Shown here: one piece after another, positions 39,001-52,101 of the stretch | Position numbering within the stretch: position 1 is the stretch's first letter | Layout: every line of letters begins with the position of its first letter | Assembly (NCBI GenBank): GCA_002633005.1 | Contig: NMRA01000012.1 | Span: 1,196,564-1,260,563 of the forward strand | Source of the DNA: Phoronis australis | Taxonomy: Eukaryota > Animalia > Phoronida | Length of the DNA: 64,000 bases | Reading direction: 5' to 3' | Made by a program: the position numbers and the translations under genes | The notes under the pieces: generated by a model | The model's input: the letters and a program-made list of their open reading frames with translations, nothing else | The model's database searches: none | What the model was told of the DNA's origin: nothing

Positions 39001-42000
39001 CTTTCTTAGCAATGGTGGTTGTTATTACACCCAAATTGTTTTTTTCTGGCATTTGCACAGAGTTAAAGCCTGCAATTGGAGAGTAGTTGTAACTTGGGAC
39101 ATTTTAAATATTACAAAAAGACTAAAAAGCTAATTTGCGTTGATCTTGATAAAGGATCACTTCCCAATGGAACGTTGGTTTGAAATATGTTTCATACCTG
39201 TTTTCATTACTTTATTTTTAATACTCCTGTCTACTTGTTTTTTCTTCTTACCGGTTAGGGTAGCTATCATTTTATTTTGTTTTTAAACAAAGTATCGAAA
39301 CAACTTAGAAGTCAGTTAATTGTGAACCCATCCCTGAAATTTCCAGATTACAGCTATACCAAACATGTCACAGCAAACAAAACTACACGTGCCATTAGTT
39401 CAAGTTCAATCATAAAATACATAGAAAAGTGCAGCTATCTTGGTGTTTATAGCCAAACTGAAGGTTTGGAACCTCTGGGCAATTTTGGGGGCAGTACTAT
39501 TCTAGCTTTTCCTCAGTCATAAAAAATAAAATACCAGCTCTTGCCCACCGTCCAACCTCATCCACTGCTTGCATTCTCTCGTTGACTACAAAGCTAGCCA
39601 TGTTCTTGTCTTCACGTGTTCCATTACAGCTACAAGCTATCAAAATTGGGGCATTTCTGTGAATATTAGTTTTCCGGTTAGTGTACTACTCCTCGAGTAA
39701 AGTAGTTCGGCATGCACTGGGCCATAAGCTATGTTTTAAAAGTTATTGACATCTAACTTAGTCACTGTGTGATGTTTATAGATGTTTCAGTGTAACTTAG
39801 TTGTATATTAAAAGAATACCCACGATACTGTTAACTCTGATCAGCATTTGTAAATGCACCCAGTATATCAATATGCACAGTCGTTTATCTTTAATCGTAC
39901 CCAATGTTCATAGTTTTTAGCTCAATAGTCATCGATTTTTAAATATCGAGAACCACACTTGGTTGTTTTTTTCCATCAGAATACTGCTGTGGTATTTGTT
40001 TTTAACAAAAACTGTTGGTTAACGCATTTTGAAAATTCGGCAGTATCTACAGGCAGAGATGTTTACTACAGTTTATGGTCGGGAAATTACACTTAATTGG
40101 CTCTTGCTTGCACTGGACGATACGGTCATCGCAACTGAGTCCGACAGTGGTGCCGCTCTCTCTTTGATCCCGGTAAAAGCCACTCAGAAGGACGAGTGGT
40201 GAAAAGTCACGCATGTCTTAAGAAATGCATGACTTTCGTGTAAGCGTATTCAGTATTCACGACATGATCAGACTAAATTTCATTTCTCCGGCTTGACCGG
40301 TAATGTCACATCATGATGGGTTTACAACTGGTCATACCGAACTATACACTGGATATGGTAAATCCACAAGTGCTCAGCCATCATGAAGGGCAATTCTGGG
40401 AAATTTTGTCTCAGTTTTTGTGTGCACTGTATACCTTTCTTGACAGAGCTCCTTTTGGTGGTGGTCGAGAACATTACGTGGTAACTTCTGATTGCAGAAC
40501 TGACACTCGGAGGGGAGTTCACACAAAGCCTTCTCCACAGCCAGGTTCCGCGTGCACGATTTGCTGATCTCACAACGACAACTGGGGCAAGTGCTGGTCT
40601 CGTCCTTCAACCGTGCATCTGCCAGGAGATGAGAAAAGCAGGCCGCACACATCAAGTGACCATTCTGACACTAAAAAGAAAAGACAGCAGATATAGCAAT
40701 TACTTTGATTTAAATCAATTTACTGTCATCATGAATTGAAACACTATATACGGGAAATGGCCGACTTATTAGGATTCAGGCGATACTTTCAGATACTATG
40801 GTTTTATATGCACTGTTTTCCAAAACGTGGTCAGGAATTGCTTCTATTATTTATTAACAAAAACAAATAATCTAGAAAACTGTAACAGCATTTTTGAGAT
40901 TTCATCTTGAACGTATAGTCCTAATTTGGTCCTTAGTAAATGCAAGGTGGCCATGATAAATCTTAAGATCTTCAGAGACTTCAAACTGGACACACTATTT
41001 TACAGATTTGAAAAGGCTACACCAAAAGAGCGAAGAAGTGAAAACAAACTAATGTCTCGATTTATTAGGCAACTTTTATCTTAACGACATCAGATTAATG
41101 TTGAAGAGCATAAAAATGCAGGTCATCCCACTAAACAAAAACTCGCGGTTTGCTCAGGAATTTCGACCTACCCGAGTACACGCGTTACATCATACTGCTG
41201 CTTTGCTATGAATGTACCGTACTTTTATATTTGACTAAAAAGCATGGTCACATAAACCACTTATAATGGGAGATTGGAATAAAGCCAAAAACCTACTTTT
41301 GCAGGTTTCATACTTCTGCTGAGTTCAGTTGAATTCTATAGCTTTTTAGATTATTTTGCTATGCACGGACCTGTCAATACAGTCTTCAATTCAATTAAGA
41401 GTAATTCTGACGACATAGCCATTTTCCATATATTCTCTATAATTTTTACCTTCTTCAATTGGCCAGCATTATAGGGTAATTATATTCATTCACATAGTGC
41501 GATTGCTTAACTTACATCAACTTGCACAATCACATATTAAATATATTTTCCCTTATAAAAACAAAAGAGAGAATCTCACTGGATTCCAGTGAGATTCCAA
41601 TGCGATTCTAGTTAGATTCACACTAAATAACCCATTATAGTTAGAAATGCCAGTGAGAACCCAGTGGGAATTGTACAGTTGGGGCAGTCAGTGAGAAAAT
41701 AGTGAAAAATGTTATGTAACAGTGAGAATCCAGTGAGAATTTTGGTGTTAAGAAAATTCTGAGTTAGTATCCATTGAGAATTGAATGAGAATTTGGACTT
41801 GCAAAAGATGGAGCGAGAATTCAGTGAGAATTTAAGATAAACATACACGCTCATTGGCTGTTCCTGTGGAAATTTCAGTTGAACCAGATTTCAGAATTCA
41901 AACTAAAATAGCCCCAGGAATGAACAGTAATTGTGATGAAGTAGAGAAATAGCTTGAAGATTGTTGACATTTTCTCACAAATATTGTGAAGTTACAGAAC

Positions 42001-45000
42001 AGTTTGTCTACAAGTCAACCAGAGGGGATCCTGGACTGAATTTGTATGTTAATAAGCTTAAGGTTAGTACATTTCATACAACTAGTAGAGTGCGTGAAGC
42101 ACCAGTATTAGACTGATGTCTTCATCCTGTGTTGACAGCTGAGTTTTTAGTATTTTGCTTGTTTCACCAAAAGCATTGTTAGTTTAAGTCTGCTGTATTT
42201 CACAATTTGCAATTAATACCTATAAAGATAAATTCCAAACAATAAGCAGCATTGGTTACCAATAAGGCTTTGAACTCTCATCTATTCAGTCAATGGCTAT
42301 ATGCAAACTCAAAAGATTCTAATTTCAAAATTCTCACCCAGTGAGATTTTTACACAACGAGATTCTCAGTAAGACAAATGCTATGCAAATTGGTTAGCTT
42401 CTAAATGAACTATATTCTCACTAAAGTGAGATTTTTTTCTCACTAATTTGAATGACATCTTAATTAGATTCTCATTTGAATCTCACTGGAATCCAGTGCG
42501 ATTCTCTGACTTTCAGGATGAGAATTTCCTTAACCTTTTTCATATTTGCCTTCACATTCTGATTACGACTGACAATGTAGCACAGCTGATTAAAACAACA
42601 AGCTCAATGCTCATCACAGATAAAGCACAGAGACAGCGCATAAAGTAACTCGAGAAAGATGCAGCCAGCCAAAAAAATAAACTGAAAAGAAAAGAATAAA
42701 ATAATGTGGCCCATAGGTTCTCAAAATTGACCCACATATTGGAGACTCTGTAGGTCAATTAATTGACACATACCCACTTTTTTAAAGTGACTCTTGCAGC
42801 GCTTATGTAAATTTATCATATATTATGGTGGTCAAGAGTCAACAGTTGAACTTGTAAGGCTCTGACTGCATATAGGCATGTACTTCATGTATGAATGTAC
42901 AAAAATAGCACAAATGATCAAGCCACAGTGTTGCATGTAGTTTTAGCCTCTGAGAGTGAGCGAATGGGATTTAGTAGGAAATAAGCAATTGGCACACACT
43001 TGCCTGAGTTTTGCATTGAGTGTTAGCTTGATTAAAAACAATGACAGATTCTTGTTCTAAATGTGAAAAAGCATGACAGCATTTTCCCGTTCAGTGACTT
43101 TACCAAACAAAGGGGGTTCTGAGCGTGTGATAACGTCTAGCTTCTTTGTTAACTGCCAAGCAAAATCTTTTGTCTGTTGTGACAAAAGGCAGACCAATTA
43201 TCTACCAGGCTTATTATAGGCAACGTGGGAACACCATCAAACCCAGAGCGAATTGGTAGGCCTTCATCTCAGAAAGAATAGATTACAGTAACTTCAGTTG
43301 CAGTTGGGCGATTCTGGCGATTCAAAAACTAAACATGATCACCATTAGACGAGGATTTCAAGAATGCAATTGGTTTATGTTCAAATATGTTATAACTTAA
43401 CTTTTATTTTAAACAGCACAGCCCAGTCAGGCTAGATGTGATCTTTTTGAAGATTAGAGCAATTACCAAACAAAAAAGAGCTGGCCCTCCAACCATGAAT
43501 GCCAGAATGGAGTTAATCAGTCGTGTAAGATATTGGCTACAGGGGTAAACTTCCCAACTTGTTGTTGGGCTATAGAATCGAACAAGTTGGGAGCAACGGG
43601 AAAACGCCGCAATGGCTAATTCACATTTGTAACCTCAGCACTTTACGGCATTTGCCCAATATGTACACAATTAGAACATAATTATTTCACAATGATACGA
43701 TTTTATTATGATCTTTATTAAAACCCATGCAGTGCTATCTTTGAAAATCATGTTTTTGTTCAGGTTTTGGAGTGGGCCCCTTTGTTTTGGTTTGTTAATA
43801 TGTATTGTTGGCATTCTTAATTACACGTCATAAAAGCAAACACCAAAAGGAGTTGATTCATTGTTTCAACGGGATATTTCACCGACATTAATTTAATTCA
43901 TTACAGTTTGAAAATCGCAGTTTTGGATTCACCGCCTGAGTGCTTTGTCGGACTTCAGAGGAGCTCAAAGCCAAAACAAAAAATTTCAAAGCACATTCTC
44001 AGAGCAAGAATGAAAATAAAGTCCAAAATATTATCAAAAAATAACAATCCAAAACCAGCATTTCCACTTCAAATCACAAAACGTGCACCAGGAACTAATA
44101 ACTCATCACAAATATGTTGTACCATGCCAGTATCATGGGTTATTAACCATGCCAAGAGCACCTGACCATTCAGGAGCACTGACAATCCAGACCCACACTG
44201 AGACAGCTGGATTGAAGTCTACAAAGTCCCAACTAACCAATATAACGTGATTAACAGTGATGAACTAAAGCAGGCAGTGATAAGATAGAATTGTATCACT
44301 TGTTATGTCATATAGCTGCTCAGCTGGCCCTGACAGTGAGCTTAATCAATAAAACAGAAAGGGAAATCCACACATCACACTGTGCATGTATTGAAATGTG
44401 AATTATTCAGGAGAACCTCGAGTGAAGTCAAAATGGACAACAATCCCACACTGTACACTGGGACGGGTGATATGTTAAAGTTGCATTTCTCTTGTTTTGC
44501 TTGCTAAAAAGGCCTTTTACCACTCTCAAAACTTTGGTCTCATTTAGGCCTTACTGTGATAGGATTTTATTTTGGTTACCGACTCCAGTCGCAGGCAATG
44601 CACAAATGCGCTATTTTCAATTTGCAGTTTTGGGGCTGGCCAACCCCAATGAACTCTGGAAGGTTTTCTTGAGTCGCTGATGGCTTTGATGTTCTTGTTG
44701 GTCATGGAAACAGAATCCTACTAATGTAAGAGATATTATGAAACCAATTTTGTGAGAATGAAAGGTCCAATTCAATATTGCTTAATAGTTTAAGCTAAAC
44801 AGGGTGAAATGCATTAGTAAAGCAAAATGATAATGAACTGGAATTTTTACATAAAATTGCGTTAATCCTGTTAATGTATGGATAACTGATGAGTTTCATT
44901 ACTTATGGAGGAAAAGTGGAATTCTATTTTCCCATTTCTTCATGAGTCATGTAGCACAAAGTTAATGCTTTTCTATGTTGAAGTAATGTACCAAGGCCAC

Positions 45001-48000
45001 TTCCAGACATTATTTTGGAAAGTGTAGGCAATCACAACAGTGTTAGAACACCTTTTAAGATGAGATTTTTCGGTAATAATATCTAGACAAAATGGATGAA
45101 TAACCTTAAAATAGCAGGAATTGAAATCATCTTCACTTGCTTGAAATATTTAAATATACTGTTACAGATAGATTCCATTAACATCATCCAGCATTTGGCT
45201 TTGTTTTAATTTTTGTTATTGTTTTGTGGGATTCCACTTATAAGTTATTAATAAACTCTGAAATACTACAGTAATGTGTTTCAAGCTCATTATCATCAGG
45301 AAGACACACAGTATGGTAAAAAGTCTTAGTTTGGGACAGTGAAAAATTAATTATTTTGCTCCTCAGATGGTCAGATTACACAAAATTTTAGATAGGAAAT
45401 ATTAATTGTCCCAAATTCAAGAATTGTGATCAACAACAAATGATCATTCACTTCGATGTACACTATGGGGACTCATGAAAATGTTGCATCACTGGCTGTT
45501 TTTGACGATTTTATCAACTGCCATGTATTTTTCAGAATGTGTTGATGCAAAACTCAGTGTCCAAAATTTCAGAAATATGATGAATGTCACATTGCCCATG
45601 TCCCAATCTTCAGAAACAAGAAAATTCAACTTCGCTTAAATTTTGGTGTCCCAAATACCACAGACTGTTCCAAACTTGAGAACTTTTACTGTAGTATCAT
45701 CTTTCTAATAACAACCACAAGTGGAATCTTGTCATGATAGGGTCAATCATTACTGTGATACACCTGGGGTTGTACATGGAGTCTCCAAACAGATTAAAGG
45801 TTCAGATCTGGGGGGCGTAATCTACGTTTGACGTGGATTGAAGCTGAAAAATTAGGATACCCACCCCTTTAGTCAGCAGTCACGAAAAACAGGGACCCAT
45901 AAAAGAGCAGTACTTTCGAATAATTTTGTTCCCTGAAACTGATACCGTTCTTTAGTAGAGATTAATTTCTAAAACCAAACCCATTCTGTAGGGATTTTTG
46001 GATATTTGAATTATTAAGCAAGCCTGAAACAGTACAAGAAGAGACCCATGGTGTCAAAGTGAGCACAATGCACCCTTTCAACAAAAGTTTAAAAAAATAG
46101 ATAACATCATTCTGTAAATTTGCTAATGGAAAAGGAAACCTTTCACAAGGAGCCACTTAATAAGAAAAGATGCCCTTTCATGAAGAAAGTTTAGTTGTGA
46201 AAAAGTCACCCTTCCGAACTGCAGGACATCACAGGTGTCTGCTATGGCAGTGACCTCCCTTCAGATCAAAACTAAGTGTACTTTAATATATACACTAACC
46301 TGACCTGATTGGCATTACTGCAATCAATTATGAATCACTATAAGCTGCTAAGCAGACAAGAGGCTGGGCAGCTGAAAATTAGCCTCACACTCTTCACAAG
46401 AGGTCACATGTCTGCATGGCCTATATTTGTTTTGTTACAACTGAAGAAAACAGCTGGCATTGGCAATTCAAGAAACATGCATTATTTTAATATATCAAAG
46501 GTTGACTCTTCTGAGCTATATTATAAACATACGAGATCATAAAACATGTTATGAGATCAAAAGCACATCCCATCAACTTCATGCTCTTTTCGTCACCTCT
46601 GTTCACAATATTGGACAAATTGCTGACATCTGACACAGACAAACCTGAAGACAATCCTATACAGAAGTCGTTTTGATGAATGCATGCTAATCCATGCCTA
46701 ACTCTCAGTTTTTAGATTAACTAAGGTAAAAACAGAGATAGCAATATTATAACGACTGTTGCAACAGACACGTATCACCTAATCAAAGCTGTTATCTGTT
46801 ATGTCAGTTCATACGAATGTATTAGGTTGCCTATTTATGGAAAGCATGCTGGTGAGGAGGTTCGTCCATATGATTTCTCAAATCATAATTTCCGGGATGT
46901 TTAACCATGGGCCTATCCCTTTATCATTTGGCCAATTGCAGCATGTTAATTTTTGTTTCCGTGACTAAAATGATTATTTTAATTCATACTGAATAATTTG
47001 ATACTTGTAGCTCAGTTTTGCAAGCGGAAGAAGTAGACTCAAGTTTACATACTTGATAAGTTTTTTAATTGAATCTTATGATAAGTCGGACTAAACAGCA
47101 TATCGTAATATTGTCTGACAACAAAATACGCCATCCTAACAACAAAATAAGCCATACATACTAAAATTCCTGATTATCACGGAAACATGTATGCACAACA
47201 CATTAACCAGACAGGTATCTGTATTGAGTCAAATCAAGCACATTGGGATGATTTTGTCAGCATCATGTCATAAGAATATCACAAGATGTGGCTTTAAACA
47301 GTTGAACACCAAAAATTGTGCAATTTAAATGGCAATGTATTGTATTGGGCAGCATAAAGTAAAATCTATTAAAATATTCCCCACGTTTCGAGCGGTATGC
47401 TCTTTGTCAAGGGTACGACACAGACTGCCGAATAGATAGATATATAGACTGCCGAATAGATAGATATACTAAGTATCACATATAAAGAGCATACCGCTCG
47501 AAACGTGGGAAATATTTTAATATGATACCGATATTCGTCCTTTTTCGATTAGGGCATTCTCTCGTTCAGTGACTTTACCAAACTTAGACTTTTTAACTGC
47601 CCAGCACAGTCTTTTGTCTGGTAAGACAACATGCACGCCAATATCTACCAGGCTAATTACAGACCGCATATAAACACAGTCAAACCCATTGTGTTGGTAT
47701 GTTATATTCGGACAGAATATATTGTCTTAACTTCGGTTGTATTTGGGTGATTTTGGTGATTCAAAAACTAAACATGATCCGCAATTGATGATGAATTCAT
47801 AACTGTTATTGGTTTATGTTCAAACATTTTATAACTTGACTTTTATTTTTACAGCACAGCCCAGTCAGTTTAGATATGATTTTATGGGTAATTAGAACAA
47901 TTATCGAGCAAAAGAGAGCTGACCCTCCAACCATAAATGCCAGAATGGACTTAATCAGTCGTGTAAGATATTGGCTACAGCAGTCAATCCGCCCAACTTG

Positions 48001-49254
48001 TTCTTGCGCTATACAACTGAAAAAAATGGACTCAATGGGAGAAAACCGTAATGTTTACCCTATTTTACTCTTTTTAACCGTTGGTAATTGTACGGCATTC
48101 CGAAAACCTATTTTATTTATTGTATTTGATGCTCAACTAAACCCATTAAAAAAGATCAGGGGTGTGTTGCGCGCAAGTTTCTTGTCACTGTGGTGAGACT
48201 ATGAAAGATGCAAAATCACACAAGCGCTGCCGTTAGGCTGGCAAGCTCGGGTCCTTACTAGCATATATTAGCAAAATGGCCACCATTGAAGTGATTAGTT
48301 TCTATTACATGACCGAACATTTCCCAAACAAATAATTATGTAGCAACAGTCTTGCATAATGGAATGAATTCGAGGACCTCGCTAAGTTATGAAGTTACAA
48401 AATATAATGTGGATTGTCTGGAGGGGAGAAAGGGGCGTATTTATGCCTGCACGTATCCCATATGGAATGACACTTAAGCTTGACAAGTGAGAGTCCAGTG
48501 CATGTCCATGACTGGGAAGCTATATTGACCAGTTACATTGAATGAGCCAATGGTACTTAATGCCATTTGGCAATTGTCCAACAGAATAGCGTTGCCATAA
48601 ATAGCGATCACGTGAGCATCTGAATGCCCACTAGGGTTGTTAATCACAAATGCCAACCAGAGAAAGCATGACGTGGTTCACTAACATGGACAACAATGTC
48701 AATGGACCATGGTGTCAAAATAGGCCATGGAATGTGCAGTCCTTCGGTACTATTAATACACTGGCAAAGGTTTCGTCTGCCAATTATAAAGAAATGACTG
48801 ATGTTGACCGAGCTTGAGAGCCTCCGGAGACGACACTGTAGAATACTAGGTCTAGAATGAGAATTGTTATGCAGTTTGCACACAAAGGTTCATATGATAG
48901 ACACTGTTTAGTGATACAGCATGCCCAATAACAATGAAAACTAATGTTTGCACTTCGTGAATATCATTCGGTGACACTGCAAATAAACTTTCTGAAAAAA
49001 AAATCACGGGTCGCTCGACGCACAAGTCGAAGGTCAACTGAACTAACCTGAAAAACGCCACATCGAGGGAGGTCCAAACAGACTGCGCAGCACAGAATTC
49101 CTCCTAGCCTATCTTCAAGTTTTGTATGCCCTGATGTAGGCGAAGGATTTGTCTTCAGTCTCTTCTTCTCTGGTTCGTTTGTGCAGTCATCTGGTGAATC
49201 AGGGCGCGGTGGTTCCTCCTCCAAATCTTGTGAAGGTCCAGCTACCTCCGTCAT
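36072..49254 (-). CDS. ZFTRAF1: Zinc finger TRAF-type-containing protein 1 (CYHR1), 4 exons, 348 aa
   Basis: Exons (-): 49048-49254, 40435-40670, 37278-37489, 36072-36463; phases consistent. RING-like [11 protein letters not shown]...[12 protein letters not shown]...[17 protein letters not shown]-type [10 protein letters not shown] and [15 protein letters not shown]. Confidence 0.97.
37810..38300 (-). mobile_element. Repeat family B, a ~500-bp TIR element. Further copies at 43078-43615 and 47548-48054 in the opposite orientation
   Basis: Shared ACAGCACAGCCCAGTCAG...CCCTCCAACCATRAATGCCAGAATGGA block. Imperfect TIRs ATTAGGGCRTTCTC / GGGAAAACRCC...AATG. Confidence 0.8.
41548..42525. mobile_element. 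Old TIR element with arrays of GTGAGAAT subterminal motifs (CMC/CACTA-like MITE, tentative)
   Basis: GAGAATCTCACTGGATTCCAGTGAGATTC at ~41570 is inverted at ~42478-42508. There are many CAGTGAGAAT / ATTCTCAC motifs. Confidence 0.5.
45313..45692. mobile_element. Tc1/mariner-like MITE remnant
   Basis: Imperfect TIRs GTAAAAAGTCTTAGTTTGGGACAGT ... ACTGTTCCAAACTTGAGAACTTTTACTGTA. Confidence 0.45.
47368..47521. repeat. 38-bp inverted repeat carrying a hammerhead-like motif (Penelope-like element remnant)
   Basis: Arms 47368-47405 and 47484-47521 differ by 1 mismatch. The minus strand reads CCCTTGACAAA-GAGC-ATACC-GCTC-GAAACGT. Confidence 0.6.
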
Positions 49255-49278
49255 CTTGTTTGTTATGATTTTTACGCT

Positions 49279-49560
49279 TCACATGGCGGATATGACGCTT
49301 ACCTTTCAATAGCCAATGATATTAAGGCATTCACTGTATGACGTCATCGTGGACCAATAGGATACAGTAGTTTATATCATCACGTGACTCCAATTATGTG
49401 AAAGGTTTGTTGTCATCCAGTCGATAACAGCTGATCATACTTTTGAAAAAAACAATTCAACAGTAAATCAGGAAAATGGTGAAATTGACTAAAATATGGA
49501 CTTCCTTGAAATATTGACGTCATTTCAACAATTCCGTCAGAAGTAATGACGTAAATGAGC
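49279..49560 (-). promoter_or_regulatory. ZFTRAF1 proximal promoter
   Basis: Full CRE TGACGTCA at 49339 and 49515, CCAAT at 49313 and 49354, E-box TCACGTGA at 49380, and a YY1-like CCGCCATGT overlapping ATG-TGA at 49284-49279. Confidence 0.65.
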
Positions 49561-52101
49561 TCAAAACAAAAACGTCGCGCACTGGTCGGACTCGCCCCTT
49601 TTCATGGACTCTGAGCCAGGCAAATATGGCTGTAGGGACTCTACTATACTTTTGACAGCGAGAGCAGTTGAAAATTTAGGGCATCCAGTCTTTTAGAGAA
49701 TCGATTAGAAAAAATGTGCATTGAAAATTACATCATCCTGTCGCAGGGTTTTGTTTCAGAGAATACCATTCGTGCGGGTTTTGAGTCTCACCCTTTGCTA
49801 GGCTAATAGGGTTTTAAATGCCCCGGCCGAAAGGGTTGAGTTACGTGGGTTGCATAAAACTTTGAGGCTGTGCAGGACCTTCTTGACAAGTCAAGTCAAA
49901 TATCTACAAAACTATAGATTTGAACCCAGTATCGATATTGTCGATAACTAGCTTCATGCTACTGTTCCTCTCTTACTAACCACTGTTCCTTTGTGACTAC
50001 CCACATCGACTTTAAACAATTACTTTCTGTAAATTATAAGGCCTGTATTATGTTTAAAATTCGATTTTGAATTGTTACCAATCTGCCATTAATTGGGCCA
50101 CGTGACGTTGGTTTTTTAATAAAATTTAGCATAGAAGAAAGATACTTTCACAGCAGCAAAACAACAGCATCTCTAACATGACCAAATTTAGTTTTACATA
50201 AATATTCAAGATGCAATCTCTAAAACTAAGCAACAGTTTCTTAAATTTTCGTTTTATCGTCTGCAATTTTCTTGAAGTCCTATACATAGCTCCTCATACT
50301 GAAGTAAAATGTTTTAAAAACGACGACTAGGAGTTGTGGAGAATAATGCGTAAAGTATAGCAGTTGGAAATTTCATATCAATTCGATAAGCCATTTTTGA
50401 GACACGATGTTCCGAAATTAGCCAGATTTGGACACTTTTCTAGGGTCGATCCAGTATAACCTTAAAGATATATTTGCATGCTCCGAACTATGTTAACTAA
50501 ACTAAACGACAATGCTATTTTAACATAATCTAGGCTAAACAAAATGCAGTTGTATTCACTGACAACTTGTAAATGTGTAAACAAAAAAATTTTGCAAATA
50601 GGTTCGCTTTGCACCAACGACGTAACTTGAGGGCTCACATAGCCCGCAAAATGCACTGTTATTCCACAGCACCACGTCACTATACTTAATGGACACGGCT
50701 CAGTGATTTGCGACGGACCATTTTTGCCATATAACACGTTCTTTAAAACATTTTCAATCTATTTCAAATTCACATCGTCGCTAGATGTTGTTTTTATTAA
50801 TTTGCTCAAGCAATCACAGAGTCAAGGAATAAGCCTGCAAGCTCCACTTTAACATTATCCCCTGGAGTGATAGCTCAAGCATAGTTAGTTTATTTAGTTT
50901 CCTAGAGTGTGGTAATGCGACACTACTGTTGCTATCCAGTGCACAACTTTTCGCGACTAAAACTTTAAGTCTGAAACTTGTCAGTACAAGAAATGTGATT
51001 GCCAATACAAAAATATAGATATGTTAAAAAATTCTGTAGACTTCTGTATTTGTAAGAGGGAACCTTTTGCCAAGTTTTGAACTCCCAAAGGGAACCCTTT
51101 TGTAGGGAATCTTGTTGGAAAAGGCAGACTTTGCAGGGAACATGCTCCAAACATTGCTTGAACAAATGGAGCTCAGCTTCTTGCCGTCAGTTCAAAACGA
51201 AACAAAATTGTCAAATGATTATCAACAATATTGTGGCAAAAGCTCAAAGTGTTGCATTGTTTTACCAGTGTACAGTACTCACAACAAAAAAAGTAAAAAA
51301 TTTTCACAAAATATATAGAATACCAATCATAATAAACATTGCGGCCATCGTCTTTTTTGAAAATCGCATAATTTTGTTCCTTTGAATTGGATTTGCCTCA
51401 TTAAACTTACACATAATCTAAAATAATTCTCACAACTTACTCAATAGATAATGATCCTAAAGGTTTCTCAAGCACTGTTTGACAAACTCGATCCCTGCGC
51501 TGGAGGAAAAAGCCAAAAAGGCAAAACACGTACCACAATGAACATGACCATGGTTGCACCATAAGGGAATTAACACAATTCATCAAGACATAAAATTTTA
51601 TTGTATTTCTTGCTCTCATGATCTGTACACAACTTCAGTGGGGAATGATACTGTACATTACATAGGACTGCCTTCCATTTACAAATCCAACATTGCACAC
51701 CTACTGCAGACGCAGCAAACAATTATGGATGTAACTGTACAATTCAAAAAGCTTGTGTAATACTAGTGGACTGTCATTGTGTTTCACTTGACAATAAATA
51801 GAGTTGTATCATTTCAAGAACACAACTTTAACAGAAAAAAGGCGAACCAAATAACAATTTGCAAATATCTTCATAACAAGTTGCCAGAAAAGCTCTATCC
51901 AGTGTCCTACTCTGAAGGCAGACTTCCAGCACTCTCCTGACCAACATATAAAAACAATTGAAAAATTTCTAGAAATGTCCAGAGCCCTTTGGATGCAGTG
52001 CATGAAATCCACCACCTCATATTTTATTCAACAACACGTTTTTGGCAGCCCAGTGGGTTGGTTCTCTGGACATTTCCGAGAAGCTAGATCTATACTAATC
52101 A

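Noticed and set aside
40425-40434. GTATAC donor of ZFTRAF1 intron 2 as a U12-type intron
   Set aside because: It lacks the GTATCCTT consensus; I saw no U12-type donor in any of the six genes.
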